Origin: Paraspadella gotoi
Lineage: Eukaryota; Animalia; Chaetognatha
Assembly (NCBI GenBank): GCA_051294375.1
Contig: CM119268.1
Location: 16,756,467 to 16,820,466 of the forward strand
Direction of reading: 5' to 3'
Length of the DNA stretch: 64,000 nt
The notes under the pieces were generated by a model. It was not told where the DNA came from. It did not search any database and saw only the letters and a program-made list of their open reading frames with translations. Each line of letters starts with the position of its first letter. Within the stretch, counting starts at the first letter, position 1. A program made the translations under genes and the position numbers. Of this stretch, positions 37,247 through 49,941 are shown piece after piece.

Positions 37247-37737
37247 TTAAGAACATTTTTTTATTTATTAACTATAAAAATAATTATTTAGAGGTTTTTC
37301 AGTATTATAAATGAGTTTCAAATATTTTTACGTATAATGACAAGGGTAATATTAGTTTTTATTAAACAATAAAGAAAGGATATATTTTGACATTGAATCA
37401 TGTCCATTTTTTTTGTCTAATAAAAACTGTCTATAGTCGTTGTTCGAACCTTATTTCTAATCTCAAACATAATGAAGTCAAAAGGAAAATAATCATGTAT
37501 TTCCAAATAAATCTGAATATATTTATATGCTTAAATGTTAAATATATACAAATTCGTTTTAAAATATACCTACATATTCAAAGAGAGCTAAAAATGTTAT
37601 TAGACAACTTAAATAATGGAACCCACAACACATCTTATTAAATTAAAAGAAGAATACAAAAAGGTTTACACGAAAAAAATTCATTTTTAATCTTGTTGTG
37701 ATTCTTTATTTATAACAAAAATTTGTGTTTTACTTAC

Positions 37738-40700
37738 CACATGCAGTTTTGTTGCAACATTTTCCTTCAAAGACTACATTAAGTTGCTCTTCTTTTTTAC
37801 ATTTTGGTGGAGCTGGGCATGTAGGACCACAAATTGTATTCCATTTTTTACAACAATAGTTTGTATTCAATACAGCAACCTCTCCATCTGATAAATTTTC
37901 GGGTTTCTTTTCATCAATACACTCTTTTTCAGGTGGACATCTACATTCATATTTGATACAGCAAGCAGTTTCATCAATTGGAACCATTACTTTATCAAAA
38001 GGACATGGTTTAATTTTATTCTTTGGACATTTCTTTTTATCACAAACACATTTTTTTACTTGGCAACATTTGGATTTGGATATGATATCCAGTGACTCAT
38101 GCGGGTTGCAAACAGGATCCTTCGGACATTCGCCTGAGCATTTAATTTCCCAGTGGGGGCAACAATAATTTTTATCGAGAATTGCCACTTCTCCAACTTC
38201 CAAATCATCTGGTCTTTTGGTTTCTGGGCATTGTTCAGGTTGTGGGCATTTACATTCATACGTTTTACAGCATGCATTTTCATCCACTAACTGATGAATT
38301 TCATCCACTTTAGAGCATTTTGGTTTTTCTTTTTTTGGACATTTTGTCGTATCACAAACACATTTTGTTTTGTTGCAACACTTTCCCTCCACCAGTATTT
38401 TTTCTATTTCAAAATCAGCACAAATTTGATTCCCTTCACATCTTAAAGGATGGCCGCATTTTACAAGCCATTTGTCACAACAATATTTTGGATCTTTAAT
38501 TGCTATTAAACCATCTTCCTCTGGAGATGACAATGCTGGTTTTTTTTCATTTTTACAATCTTTCTGTGTTGGACATTTGCATTCATATTTAGGACAACAG
38601 GCTCCCGGATTGCTTCTAACTGGTATTTTATCATATGCACAGGCTAATAATGGTTTGGGACATGTTTCCGGATGGCAACTACAATTTTTATGTCTGCATC
38701 CATGCTCATCTGTTGATGTAATGATCTTCTCTCCTTGGCTGCATTTAGGAATTATAACTTCTGGACAAATATGGCAATCTATTTCTGGAATACATTTAGC
38801 ACTCGGACTATTATCTTCAAGAACATGTCCAGGTGGACATGGTTTTTTTGTGCAGCCTTCTACACAAATTTCTTCATTATTCAATCTGCACTGAATTAGC
38901 TCTTTTGCATAATCATTTTTATTTTTGCATGTTTTTGGAGGACAAACAGAAACACAAGCTGAGTAGCAAGGACAGAAATCAGATCCAGGTTTGGAGCACC
39001 CACATTGTATTGGACAAAGAGCTTGACTACGCCATTTAACATGAACCCCTACCATATTACAGGCTTCAGAGTAAGCTTGTATAGCTGTGCAAGTGCATTC
39101 ACATTCACCACCAAAATCGCAACCACAGGTGTCATAAATACATTTTTCTAAAAATGGTTTTGGATTAATTAATGCGTGACATTCTTCAAAAATTGGTTTG
39201 GATAAAATAGAACATTGTCTTGCTGCATAGTGCTTTTTTTCAGGAATGTGACATGTGTCTTTAATTTCAAGAGCATTATCACAATTTTTATCAGTTTTCC
39301 AGGAGTCCCCAAAAGCTGTTGGCTTGAAAAATGGTTTTCCTCCTGCAGGCCCAAGATATTCATCTGTCTGAATTTCATTAAAATTTCCACATAATCCTTC
39401 AACCTTGTTAACAAAATTTGCAGGTAATTTAAGATAAACTAAGGTACCCTTATTCCAAAGAACAGTCATTCCTATAGGGGTTGTAATGTATATATATAGT
39501 CCAACATGATTAACTCCAAAAGCTGCAGATTTTAACATCTTTACATGCCCATCAGCAAGAACTAAAGTGTTTGTCACTCCATTTAATTCATATTGTATCT
39601 TGATTGCTTTTTTGCATACCACACCAGATGTTCCACAAACCTGATTGGTTATTTCAATATTATATTTGTGTGGTGCATTTTCTTTTGAACGGGAAAGTGT
39701 ATAAGAGCAGTTTCCTTGAAACTGATACCATTTTTGATCAAATGTCAAAAAATGAGATTCTCCATATGTTGAGCACAATCCAGTGCAGTGTTTTTTCTCA
39801 ACACTCCATAGACCTTCATTACATGTCATCTTTGAACATCTCAGTTCGATACTATTACCATGACTGTAACTTTTCCCTCCATGATGGCACATACACTCTG
39901 AAGGCTTTACACAAATATTTTTATCATTTCTCACAAAGCCCTTTTTACAAACACATCCCAGAGAACATTTTTCCGTTTTACTGCAAATTTGTTCAGATTG
40001 TCCACACTTTTGATGACATAGACTTTCTATACATTGCACCCATTCTTCATTGATTTTACAAATTCCTGGAGTTGGCAAAGTGGTTGGTTTAGGTGTTGGC
40101 ATTATGACAGGTTTACAAATTCCAGCCATACAAACGCATTCTTTGTCATCTTTTTTTATATGCTGATTTGGTAGTAAAAGTTTACCATTTACTTTACATG
40201 GACAATTTTTAATATCCATACATTTACCATCATGCCCAACAAGCTGACCTTTTGGACAAGCACAGCCTTCAACACATTTTGCAGGGCAGATTTTAGTCAT
40301 GCTAAGATCTTCACATGAAAATTGACAAGTATTAACACATTCTTGATATTCCATTCCAATAGGACAATTGATATGACATTTATTTTTTAGCATAGGGTGA
40401 CTACGCCAATTTTTAGTCAAGGCAATACCTTTTAATGTGCATATAGTTGCATAATCTCCAACATTTGGACAAAGGCAGCGTTCAATATCCTTTCCACAGG
40501 AGCAAACATCATATATGCAATCTTTATAATAACTATGTGGATCAACTAGCTTATGGCAGCTAGCAAAAGGACCTTCATCAGAAATTATACTTTTGCACAT
40601 TTCTTTTACTAATTTCAGTTTGTCATTGTCATTGTCACATGGCTTTCCGGGTTCTGGTGCCTCTGGACAAATAGTTTTGGATTCAACTTGCCATTTATCA

Positions 40701-42997
40701 CCAAATTTTGTAATCTTTGATTCTATATCGCCTTCTGGTGTCAAGAAATCGTTACTTTTGTCGTCATCATATGTTCCACACAAACCAGCTACTTTTCCTT
40801 TAAGTCCTCCTCCAATAGTAACATGAACTCTGTTTACACCATCCCATTCAACGATTACTTTATTAGAAAGTGGTAAAGATACTCTTGTAAACATGGAAGA
40901 TGCTGTACTTATCACTATTTTACTTTTGGTTGTGACATGATTTAATCCAATTTTGATTTCTTTTTCATCAACCAAAACAACTTTACCCTGTAACAATTTG
41001 ATGACAGTTCCTTCAAATTTTACTGTTACACCTCTCACACAGGTAGGTTGCAAATGTCGCATTTTGTTGCAATGCTGATTTTTAATTGTTATTTCAAATT
41101 CCTTGCTTTTAACAAGATAATATTCACATTCTCCCATATAATCATACATTACTCCATCAAATGTTCGAAAATGAGGATCGCCTGAGGCTAAACATTCTGC
41201 TTCACAGTCTTTTTCAGTACATTCAAATTTTCCATTAATGCATTTGCAGGTCTTACAACCATCATTCACAACTTGCCCAGGTTTGTATGCTATTGTTGGT
41301 TTATTCTTACTTATCCATTCACACATACAGTTTGAAATCTTAACACAACTCCCTTGGTATTTATCTTTTACCATTCCTTCGGGGCAGGTACAACCTCCCA
41401 AACATTTTTCTAATACAGATGTTGTGGAGCAAAGCATTGTTGGAGATTGGCATGTCTTAGAGCATCCTCCATTACAATGATCCCATTTAGTTCCTTCTTT
41501 GCAATTTGGCTTTGGACATACATTAACTTCATTTGGAGAGCCTCCTATTCTTCTACATTTCTTTGCAAAATGCTCTATAGTGCTACATGCACATTTTAGT
41601 CCACATTTGCAATAAGCCTCCGAGCATGCTTTTAAAAATATTTGTGAATTGATAATTGTTTTGCACATACCCAATTTCCTTTCATCAGTTAAAATATTTT
41701 TACAAAATTCTAATTCAGGCCGCAAAACATCCATGTTATCCAAGGCACAGTAGGAACAGTTATACAAAAATGATACTTTTGAAATCCAAGTTGTTAAACT
41801 TTGCAAAAGTAATTGATCATCACTTGGATTCATATTATTATTGCCACAAAGACCTACCAGTGATAAAGACTTTTCTGTGATTTCAATGCCAATGTAAGTG
41901 CCCATGTCCCAAACTAGTTCATAGCCCACATCTGCATTTACAATAATATGATTTGCCTTTTGTGTTATTCGGTAACCTGAAATGTATTGTTCTTTTAAAA
42001 ACTTTCCTTGTCTCATTTTTAAAGACAATTTTATCACTCCATCTTCATACAAATAAATTTCTATTGCTTTCTCTCCAACAACTTTAGCCTGTATTGAGAA
42101 TAAATCAGTGCTACTCTCATGCACTAGTGTTAGGGAGGATCCAAGTAAGCTGCTTGATGGGATGAAAAACTGTAATCCATCAAATGTATTTACATTGTTA
42201 ATGTTAAAAATTTCACAAATGCCTTCAGATTTTGATACTATTCTTGAAATAATGGGACATTTTGGCTGACGAGTAGATCCTATTTGAGGGCTTTGAGTTG
42301 TCATAACTGAAGGTTGTTTTGAGGTGCTTGAACTCTCAGTTGTATATGGAATTGTGACGTTGTGTAACGGCTCAGCTGTATTAATCGGAATGGTGTTATT
42401 GTGTGAAGGCTTAGAAGTATAGGTTGCATCAGTGGCATTGATCTCCGGCTCCCCTGTATTGGTTGTATTAGTGGCCTGTGTTGAGTGAATTTCCGGGTGA
42501 ATAGTTGTTATTGATGCTGTAACATTGGAAGGAATGGTATTAGCATCAGTAAAACTAATATTTGGAAAATATGTGCTCTCTGGAAAAGGGACAGCACTTG
42601 AACGTGTTTCAGGAGAAGTGTTGAAAGTAGCTGTGGAATCGGATGGACCTCGAGTCGACTGGGCTTCTTTTGTAGGAGGTAAAGTATTGTTAGATTCACT
42701 GGTTTCTGTTGGAATGATAGTTGGCGCCAGGGTTGAATGAATAACTTTTTGCGTTACATTTTCGGCCAGGCCACCTTCGATATTGTCAACAGTTGTGGAA
42801 TCATCAACAATACTAGACGGTGTTGTGACATCGGAATCAGCTTCATGAGTCTCATTAGAAGATGTTGCAACTCCAGAATTAACTCCAGATACTCCGTCAT
42901 TTTCATCAGTTGTGGCACCAAGAGATCCCGTCAATGATCCGCCTGTAGATATCCCTGCTCCACCTGTTGATACCTTGGCAGAGCCACCAATCGAGGC
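37738..42997 (-). CDS. Giant hemolectin/mucin-like protein, exon 3 (5.26 kb): Gly-rich and PTS region, VWD/C8/TIL assemblies D1-D2-D'-D3, start of Cys array
   Basis: ccttatctCAG|GCC acceptor and G|GTAAGT donor. Motifs TFDG/GLCG (D1), GDPHFRTFDG/GLCG (D2), GESHFLTFD/GLCGNFN (D3), C8 CIYDTCGCDFGGECECTC...WRSQALCP and TIL patterns. Confidence 0.97.
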
Positions 42998-43684
42998 CTG
43001 AGATAAGGATACAAAAGAATTAAAATTAAAATATTGAAACAGTAGTAGCCAACTGAACCTCGGTTGTAAGTTCCAACCTCTAAATTTCTTAAGTACACTT
43101 CGGCCCGCCAACAGAGTACACTGGTTGTAAGACCCACACTTTAAAACTTTTTTAACTCCTCATCAACCTTGCCAATCTAATATTTTTTAATCCTGTGAAT
43201 AAAAATTATTCGTATTATCCAACCATTTTTTAACACATACAGTCTTTTAAATTTTAGTCAATAATAGAAACACAATAACTGATAAAATAATTTTAGTATT
43301 AAAAGTATTCAGAATCATATAAATAAATTAAATCATTGGGATGTTACTTAATTTGATATTTAGGATATCTATATTCTATCTGACTAACATGTAACTGATA
43401 AGTAAGAATGCGGTGTTCCAAGGATCCAAATAATTTTAAAAATGTTTAAAATATAATGAAAAAAAGTCTGTCCAAAGTTAGGGGAAAAGTAGCTTATTTG
43501 TTGAGTAAGTGAATATTTTTTTTTCATCAGTTAGATTTTATCTTGAATATAAAAACCAAGCTAAATTACTCAAAAAATACAAATCAAAATAACGTATAAT
43601 AAACATAAACATGAAGAAAAACTGTATGCTTGATTCCACAGATACAACTAGCTGTAAACGAGCTGCCATTAGCAATGGTCTTAC

Positions 43685-43744
43685 TTTCAGAGAGCCACCT
43701 CCGATGTGAAGAGAGAAATCACGTTTGTCTTCAGCATTTTCTTC
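43685..43744 (-). CDS. Giant hemolectin/mucin-like protein, exon 2
   Basis: ttctaaCAG acceptor and AAA|GTAAGA donor, 60 nt, phase 0/0. Reads EENAEDKRDFSLHIGGGSLK, similar in composition to the following ASIGGSAK. Confidence 0.8.
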
Positions 43745-43849
43745 CTGTTAGAAAAAGTGATTAAACGTGATAGGGATCAGCAAGGAAAAAATGCAAATAG
43801 GTAAGGGTTTTACCGAAAAATAAAAGGAAAAAAAATGTTGATTGCTTAC

Positions 43850-43921
43850 CTTTGAGCAAACGTTACTGGAGAGAAGAATGGAGACAAGGGCGATGAAAAT
43901 CGCTCGGCCGTTCGTCGCCAT
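43850..43921 (-). CDS. Giant hemolectin/mucin-like protein, exon 1 (signal peptide)
   Basis: Kozak-like AAGATGG; reads MATNGRAIFIALVSILLSSNVCSK with a hydrophobic core; AAG|GTAAGC donor, phase 0. Confidence 0.88.
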
Positions 43922-43990
43922 CTTGAGACAAAGTGATGATTTTATTAATTGTATAAATTGTTCTCTTTGGCATTTTTAGATATTTTAACT

Positions 43991-44000
43991 TTTCTATATA
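43991..44000 (-). promoter_or_regulatory. Candidate TATA box of the giant gene
   Basis: TATATAGAAA about 70-80 bp upstream of the ATG. The AT-rich background lowers specificity. Confidence 0.35.
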
Positions 44001-44072
44001 CGACTTCTTAATAAAAACGACATATTATATTAGGGCCAAACTTTGTTAATGGGGTGGGTCAAAAGTTTGATT

Positions 44073-44145
44073 TGGGAACCTTCATACATTTCTGAGGAAA
44101 CTTTCAATGGGAAACTTCATACATTTCTGAGAAAACTTTCAATGG
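44073..44145. repeat. 35-bp tandem duplication in the proximal promoter region
   Basis: TGGGAA(C/A)CTTCATACATTTCTGAG(G/A)AAACTTTCAA, two copies. Confidence 0.9.
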
Positions 44146-45213
44146 ACCAAATTTTTTTAAAATGGCGAGAAGCACTAGTAATTAATTTTTTAATATTTAT
44201 TTATAGATAAGAAATGTCAAATTTTTTTTTTAAGCAGATTCAGATAGCTTATGAAAAGTTGTCTGCAAAAAGTATAATTATTTTTTCAATATTTTTATGA
44301 TTAGTGAGTCAAAATTGGGAAAAACCGAAAAAAATCATCATCATCATCATCATCATCTGATAATTTTAATAGTTTTTACTAATTTTCAGTAATAAAACAT
44401 CAAAATTTTAAAAAGTTGTAATTATATTTTTTGCTTAACTTTTTAAGCTTTATCAGAATCAATTAAAAAAACTTAAAATATCCCCCAAAAAATTTTGACA
44501 TTATATTGCAATATAATAATTTTAATTAACAAATTACTCATGGTTCGGAACATTTTTGCAAAAAAATATTTTAACACAATAACTAATAGCAATAATGGAT
44601 TCGTTTAATTCTGTTCCCATTAAAATTTAAATTTGGTCGGCTACCTCTAATTATATTTAATTAAAAACGATGAAATATGATGAAAAATGATGATTATTGC
44701 TTAAGGGCGAATAAAAATGATCAAGGTTGAAGCGAAACTAAAAATCGCATAGCGCAAAACGTCCTCTTCGATCATAGACGACTTTTAATTTCCAATTATT
44801 ATTAAGCATCGATCGCCGTAAAAAAAAAAGGAAACAAAAATGTAACGAAAGTCTGTCTCACCTCTCAGCAGCTAAAAGATGTAAGCTATGACTTATTTGT
44901 TCTTTAATTCGTTGTTCTTTCCTTTGGCGTTTTTTGTTCCTAATGCCTCTACGCTGTCCTTCTGCTTTTTGAAGGACTAAGGGGTCCCGAACCTAAGGCG
45001 CCACCTTTTATATCCCACTTTCGTCATTATCATCGTCGTCGTCGTCGTCGTTGCCGGGGCGCTCATGATCGTCTACAGAGAAGTGATCGTCGTCGTCTTC
45101 GTCGTCGTCGTTCTCGTCGTCGTCATTAATATAATAGCTTCTCATCATTTGAATTAATTTAATTTTTTTCACGATTTTCTTTCATTTTCTTTTTTTTTTT
45201 GCATGTCAATATT

Positions 45214-45469
45214 TTCCGAAAGCGCACCATTTCTGTTAACGAATCCTAAGCTTATTTCAAAATGTTTAATGCAATACTTAAACCTAATTCCTAGCCCTAA
45301 CATGATCCTTAATTCCGGTCCTTAATCCTTAAACCTAATCCCTAACCTTGATAAAAACTATAACCATATCCCTAACCAAATCACTAACTTATTCTCCATC
45401 TTAAATATAATTTTTCAAATCTTTAAACAAACAGTTCCCAATTTAAGCTGAAATGGGGCGCTTTCGGAA
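45214..45469. mobile_element. Small MITE-like element enclosing telomere-like hexamers
   Basis: TTCCGAAAGCGCACCATTTC ... GAAATGGGGCGCTTTCGGAA (19/20) around degenerate CCTAAC/CCTAAT repeats. No TSD found. Confidence 0.65.
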
Positions 45470-45868
45470 GGTCCAAAATGTCACCATAGCCTTTTTGACT
45501 AAACCCTAAAAGTCCCTTTCATTCTGAAACGCAAAACAACGAGAGTCAGATATGAATTATTAAGTCACGATTGATGATAGTTCGTTCACTGTGAGAGAAA
45601 ATGGATTTAAGCCCTCAAACTGTGTATTTATTTATCAAGTACATTGACTCCATTTCTGAGGCAAAATCTTTTTTTCAAACAACCCTCCCTAAAATACTTC
45701 CTCATGTTAACGTAAAATAAAAAAGTCAAAAAGTCACTTAGGCTTCTAAAGAAACTTAAGATTAAATAAAAAATACTACAAATATTGAAAATGAGAAGAA
45801 ACCGATATGCGAATAAAATAGAAGGGAAGATAAGGAAAGGGTGTGCGATCGAATCGGCCAATATTTGA

Positions 45869-45925
45869 CTCTCTCTCTGTCTCTCTCTCTGTCTGTCTCT
45901 CTTCTCATCCCTCTCTCTCTCTCTC

Positions 45926-46001
<76 letters not shown>
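45869..46001. repeat. (CT)n microsatellite
   Basis: Visible. Similar tracts at ~47.2, 48.2, 49.5, 49.9, 50.9, 52.7, 57.2, 57.8, 59.0, 60.6, 60.9, 62.3 and 62.9 kb. Confidence 0.95.
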
Positions 46002-46003
<2 letters not shown>

Positions 46004-47152
46004 AAAGCGTTAATTTGTTTTTTCAGTTTTTCGAGAATTTTCTGGAGACGCTTATGAGAAGGGTGAGTCGGTCAGTCTGTACTTTTAGATTCGAAATGTG
46101 CCATAAAATAATTATTAAGATCAAGACATAAAAACAACACAGAATTAAGATTATAAATAGTCAAAAATATTAGATCATCTTTTCCTAATCAAAGATTTTC
46201 ATCAAGGGTTAAAATCTATCTTTACTTAATGTCTCGAGCACTTCATCAATTATATCTATCTCTGGCCGAAGATGAGCAAGAAGGATACGGTTCAATACAT
46301 CGACTCACAGTCCAAGAGACAGTTGGATGAACAGTACTAAATTAAATTTATCATAGAAAATGATATATTAAACTTAACAAAACTTTTGTTACCGGTCAGG
46401 GTGACAAATTCGAATGATATAATTTACTTTTTCTTGAGAAATTCAATCACGTCCCGCACCTTTATTCTCGGTTCACTGAACCTCTTAAGACTTCGCCCAC
46501 TTTCTTTATTATTTGTCCTATTTGCTAAGTTGCGTCTGATATCTTCAGTCCTCACCGGCATTTTTAAAAAAGTAAACAAATTTTAAAAAGTCATGGCAAT
46601 TGAAAATATTTTAAGATAAAGTAATGTAATGTGAACATTTTTATAAGCCTGTGAGAAAACGAGGTGACAAAAAAGTAATACAATGTGAATTCATTTTTTG
46701 ATAATTGTTATTCCAAAATTATTTAGTAATAGGAATGTGATTTTCGTCATTCTGCGCCTGAAGATGTCACAATACTGTCTTGAAAATAGAGTAGGAGAAC
46801 AAAGGAACATCGTCTAAATTATCGCGATTTCAACGAAATGCGATTTTAGGTGTTGTATAGAAAGTAACCCTGCGTGTTTACATTTACTAAATAGTGAAGT
46901 TTGTCAATATTCTAAATGTTTTTTCGGGTACAGATTATGCCACTAAAATCTGTAGTACAAAGCATCTTCTTTTCCTTCCCCTCTCTAAACTCCCGTTCTT
47001 CCTCGTTCTCCTCCTCCTCTTCCTCCTTTTCCTCTTCCTCCTCCTCTTCTTCCTTTTCTTTCCATCATCATTCCGGTCGCGTTTTCACGTGCAGCCCATA
47101 GAAGTCACGTTCTCGATTGTCGCAGTCTCTCGGCCTCCTCTATTTTGTCCCG

Positions 47153-47246
<94 letters not shown>

Positions 47247-47611
47247 CTCTCTTTTTATCTCTGTCTTCTCTAGCATCATGTTTATTTTCGTTGTCGGCAA
47301 ATCTATTATTTCGAGAAAAAAAAACAACAAAAACAAAAAAAAAAAAACAAAAAAAAAAAATAAATTCCGCAACCTATGTAACTTCATTCTTCAGGATGGA
47401 ATAGGCTTTGGAAAACGGGATGAAGCTTCCATCGTCTTCTACTAATAGAAATAATCGGAATTGAGCCTAAGCCTCCCTCAACATTTTGGCGGGAAACTGA
47501 AATTCAATAATTTCATAACAATGAATTATTAAAGTCAAAGCTTTGACATTTAGCTAAAGAGCACTTCCTGTGTAGGCAATTGCCCTTTAATAAAAAAAAA
47601 ATATTGACACC

Positions 47612-48094
<483 letters not shown>

Positions 48095-48218
48095 GTGTAG
48101 AATAGAAAAAGATTGAATTTATGGCGCCCCGAGTGAAGCTGGTGGGAGGCGAAGATGGAACCGACTGCGCTTTTGTTCCCTCTTTTCTTCTCCTTTAAAG
48201 ATTCTTTCATTCGGGGGA

Positions 48219-48310
<92 letters not shown>

Positions 48311-49535
48311 CTCTTTCTTCTCTCTCTCTCTCTTCTCTCTTTCTTCTCTCCTCTCTCTCTCTCACTCACTCATACGGATTACTAAAATCGATATCATGAA
48401 GAATTCGAATTTATTATTTCGTACACCCTTGTTTTACATAATCTCATGATTGCAATGGCTTCTCATTAGGATGTATTAGTTACACAAAGAATGTTTAATC
48501 AGTCTTACTAATTTCACAACCGATTAAAAAAGGTTTATTTTTCTTTTTCTTTTTTTTACTATTCTCTTATCTTCATTCCTTTTTTCTCTCCTTGTTTCTT
48601 CCCGTTTTAATTCACAGCCGAAGTTAATTTATATTTGCACATTAATTTTTCCTAAATATAGTAAGTTTATTAATTAATTCATTCTGCAAACAAAAACTAA
48701 AAATAACTCACTAACTAATTAACTAACTAAATAACTAACTAACTAGCAATAAAGAAAACGTGAGAAAACCTAACCGAAACGTCACAAAGTTAGTTCTTGG
48801 CGTTTCAAACCCAAACCATCATCAACAACAACAACAACAACTACGATTTGGTTGAGACCCGAGGTTCAGGTTCCGGTCCAGGTCCAGGTTCAGGTGCGAG
48901 ATTTTGGCCCCAAAGGATTCGCGCCTTCGCTCTTGACTCGAGCTTCGCCTCAACCACGAAATAAAAAGTGAATCCAATTGTTTTAAGAGAGAAAAAAACA
49001 AAAACAAAACTGGGATAACTTCGACACTCAATCGCGAGACAGAGACGCCGATCGAACGAAGGAAACGAGTCAGTTTGTTCCAAGATTTAAGGTTTTTTGC
49101 AAAATGGTAATAAATAATAATTATAAAAATAAAAAGAGATATTGGATATTTAATACTTCAAAATACATACAACTTTTCATTAAAAAATACATAAACAAAT
49201 AAATTACAAATCCTAACGTTATATTTTTATTTGTACAAATTAGGTTTCTATGTTTATTTTGTTTTGAAATTTAAAATTATTTTGATTACATTAGTCGATA
49301 AAAAAAAAGAAATTAAATTCTTTAAAAAAACAAAAAAAAAAAACTGGAAAAACCTAAGAAACAGAAGAACAAATTCCATCAACTCTTCAAACGACATCTA
49401 TGCTTCGTCAAGGAAACCTTTTCGTCTGTAATGAATTTCTCGAAACGACTTTTCGCTCTCGATAATTTCTTTTTATTTTTTAAAATTCCAATATTCGCCT
49501 TTTCTTTTGTCGGAGAGTGCAAACACTCTACGAAC

Positions 49536-49610
<75 letters not shown>

Positions 49611-49877
49611 TTGCCCCCGTTCAGACTTTCAGTCCCTGTCAGTTTGTCCGTGACTGTCTCTTCTCCGAAGCGTGGGAGTCATATAGCTTCTATTATATTC
49701 TTCCTTGACGTTCCTTTGGGACAAACAACGCAGATTAATAAGAAATAAGAAAAATCGAGAAAAAGTACTGGGAATGATATGTCGAAGAAAGACTTCAATG
49801 CAAGGAGAGAAATTGTCACGATTTCTCAGTCTTAAAAGAGTGGACTGTTGGTCGAACTAGTATCATTTACAAATAAT

Positions 49878-49941
<64 letters not shown>

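Noticed and set aside
24960-42937. Short antisense and alternate-frame ORFs inside the giant exons
   Set aside because: Shadow ORFs of the Cys-rich coding strand.
42998-43111. First 38 residues of the 1793-aa ORF as the true N-terminus
   Set aside because: Non-ATG start and intronic polypyrimidine tract. The signal peptide is supplied by the exon at 43921-43850.
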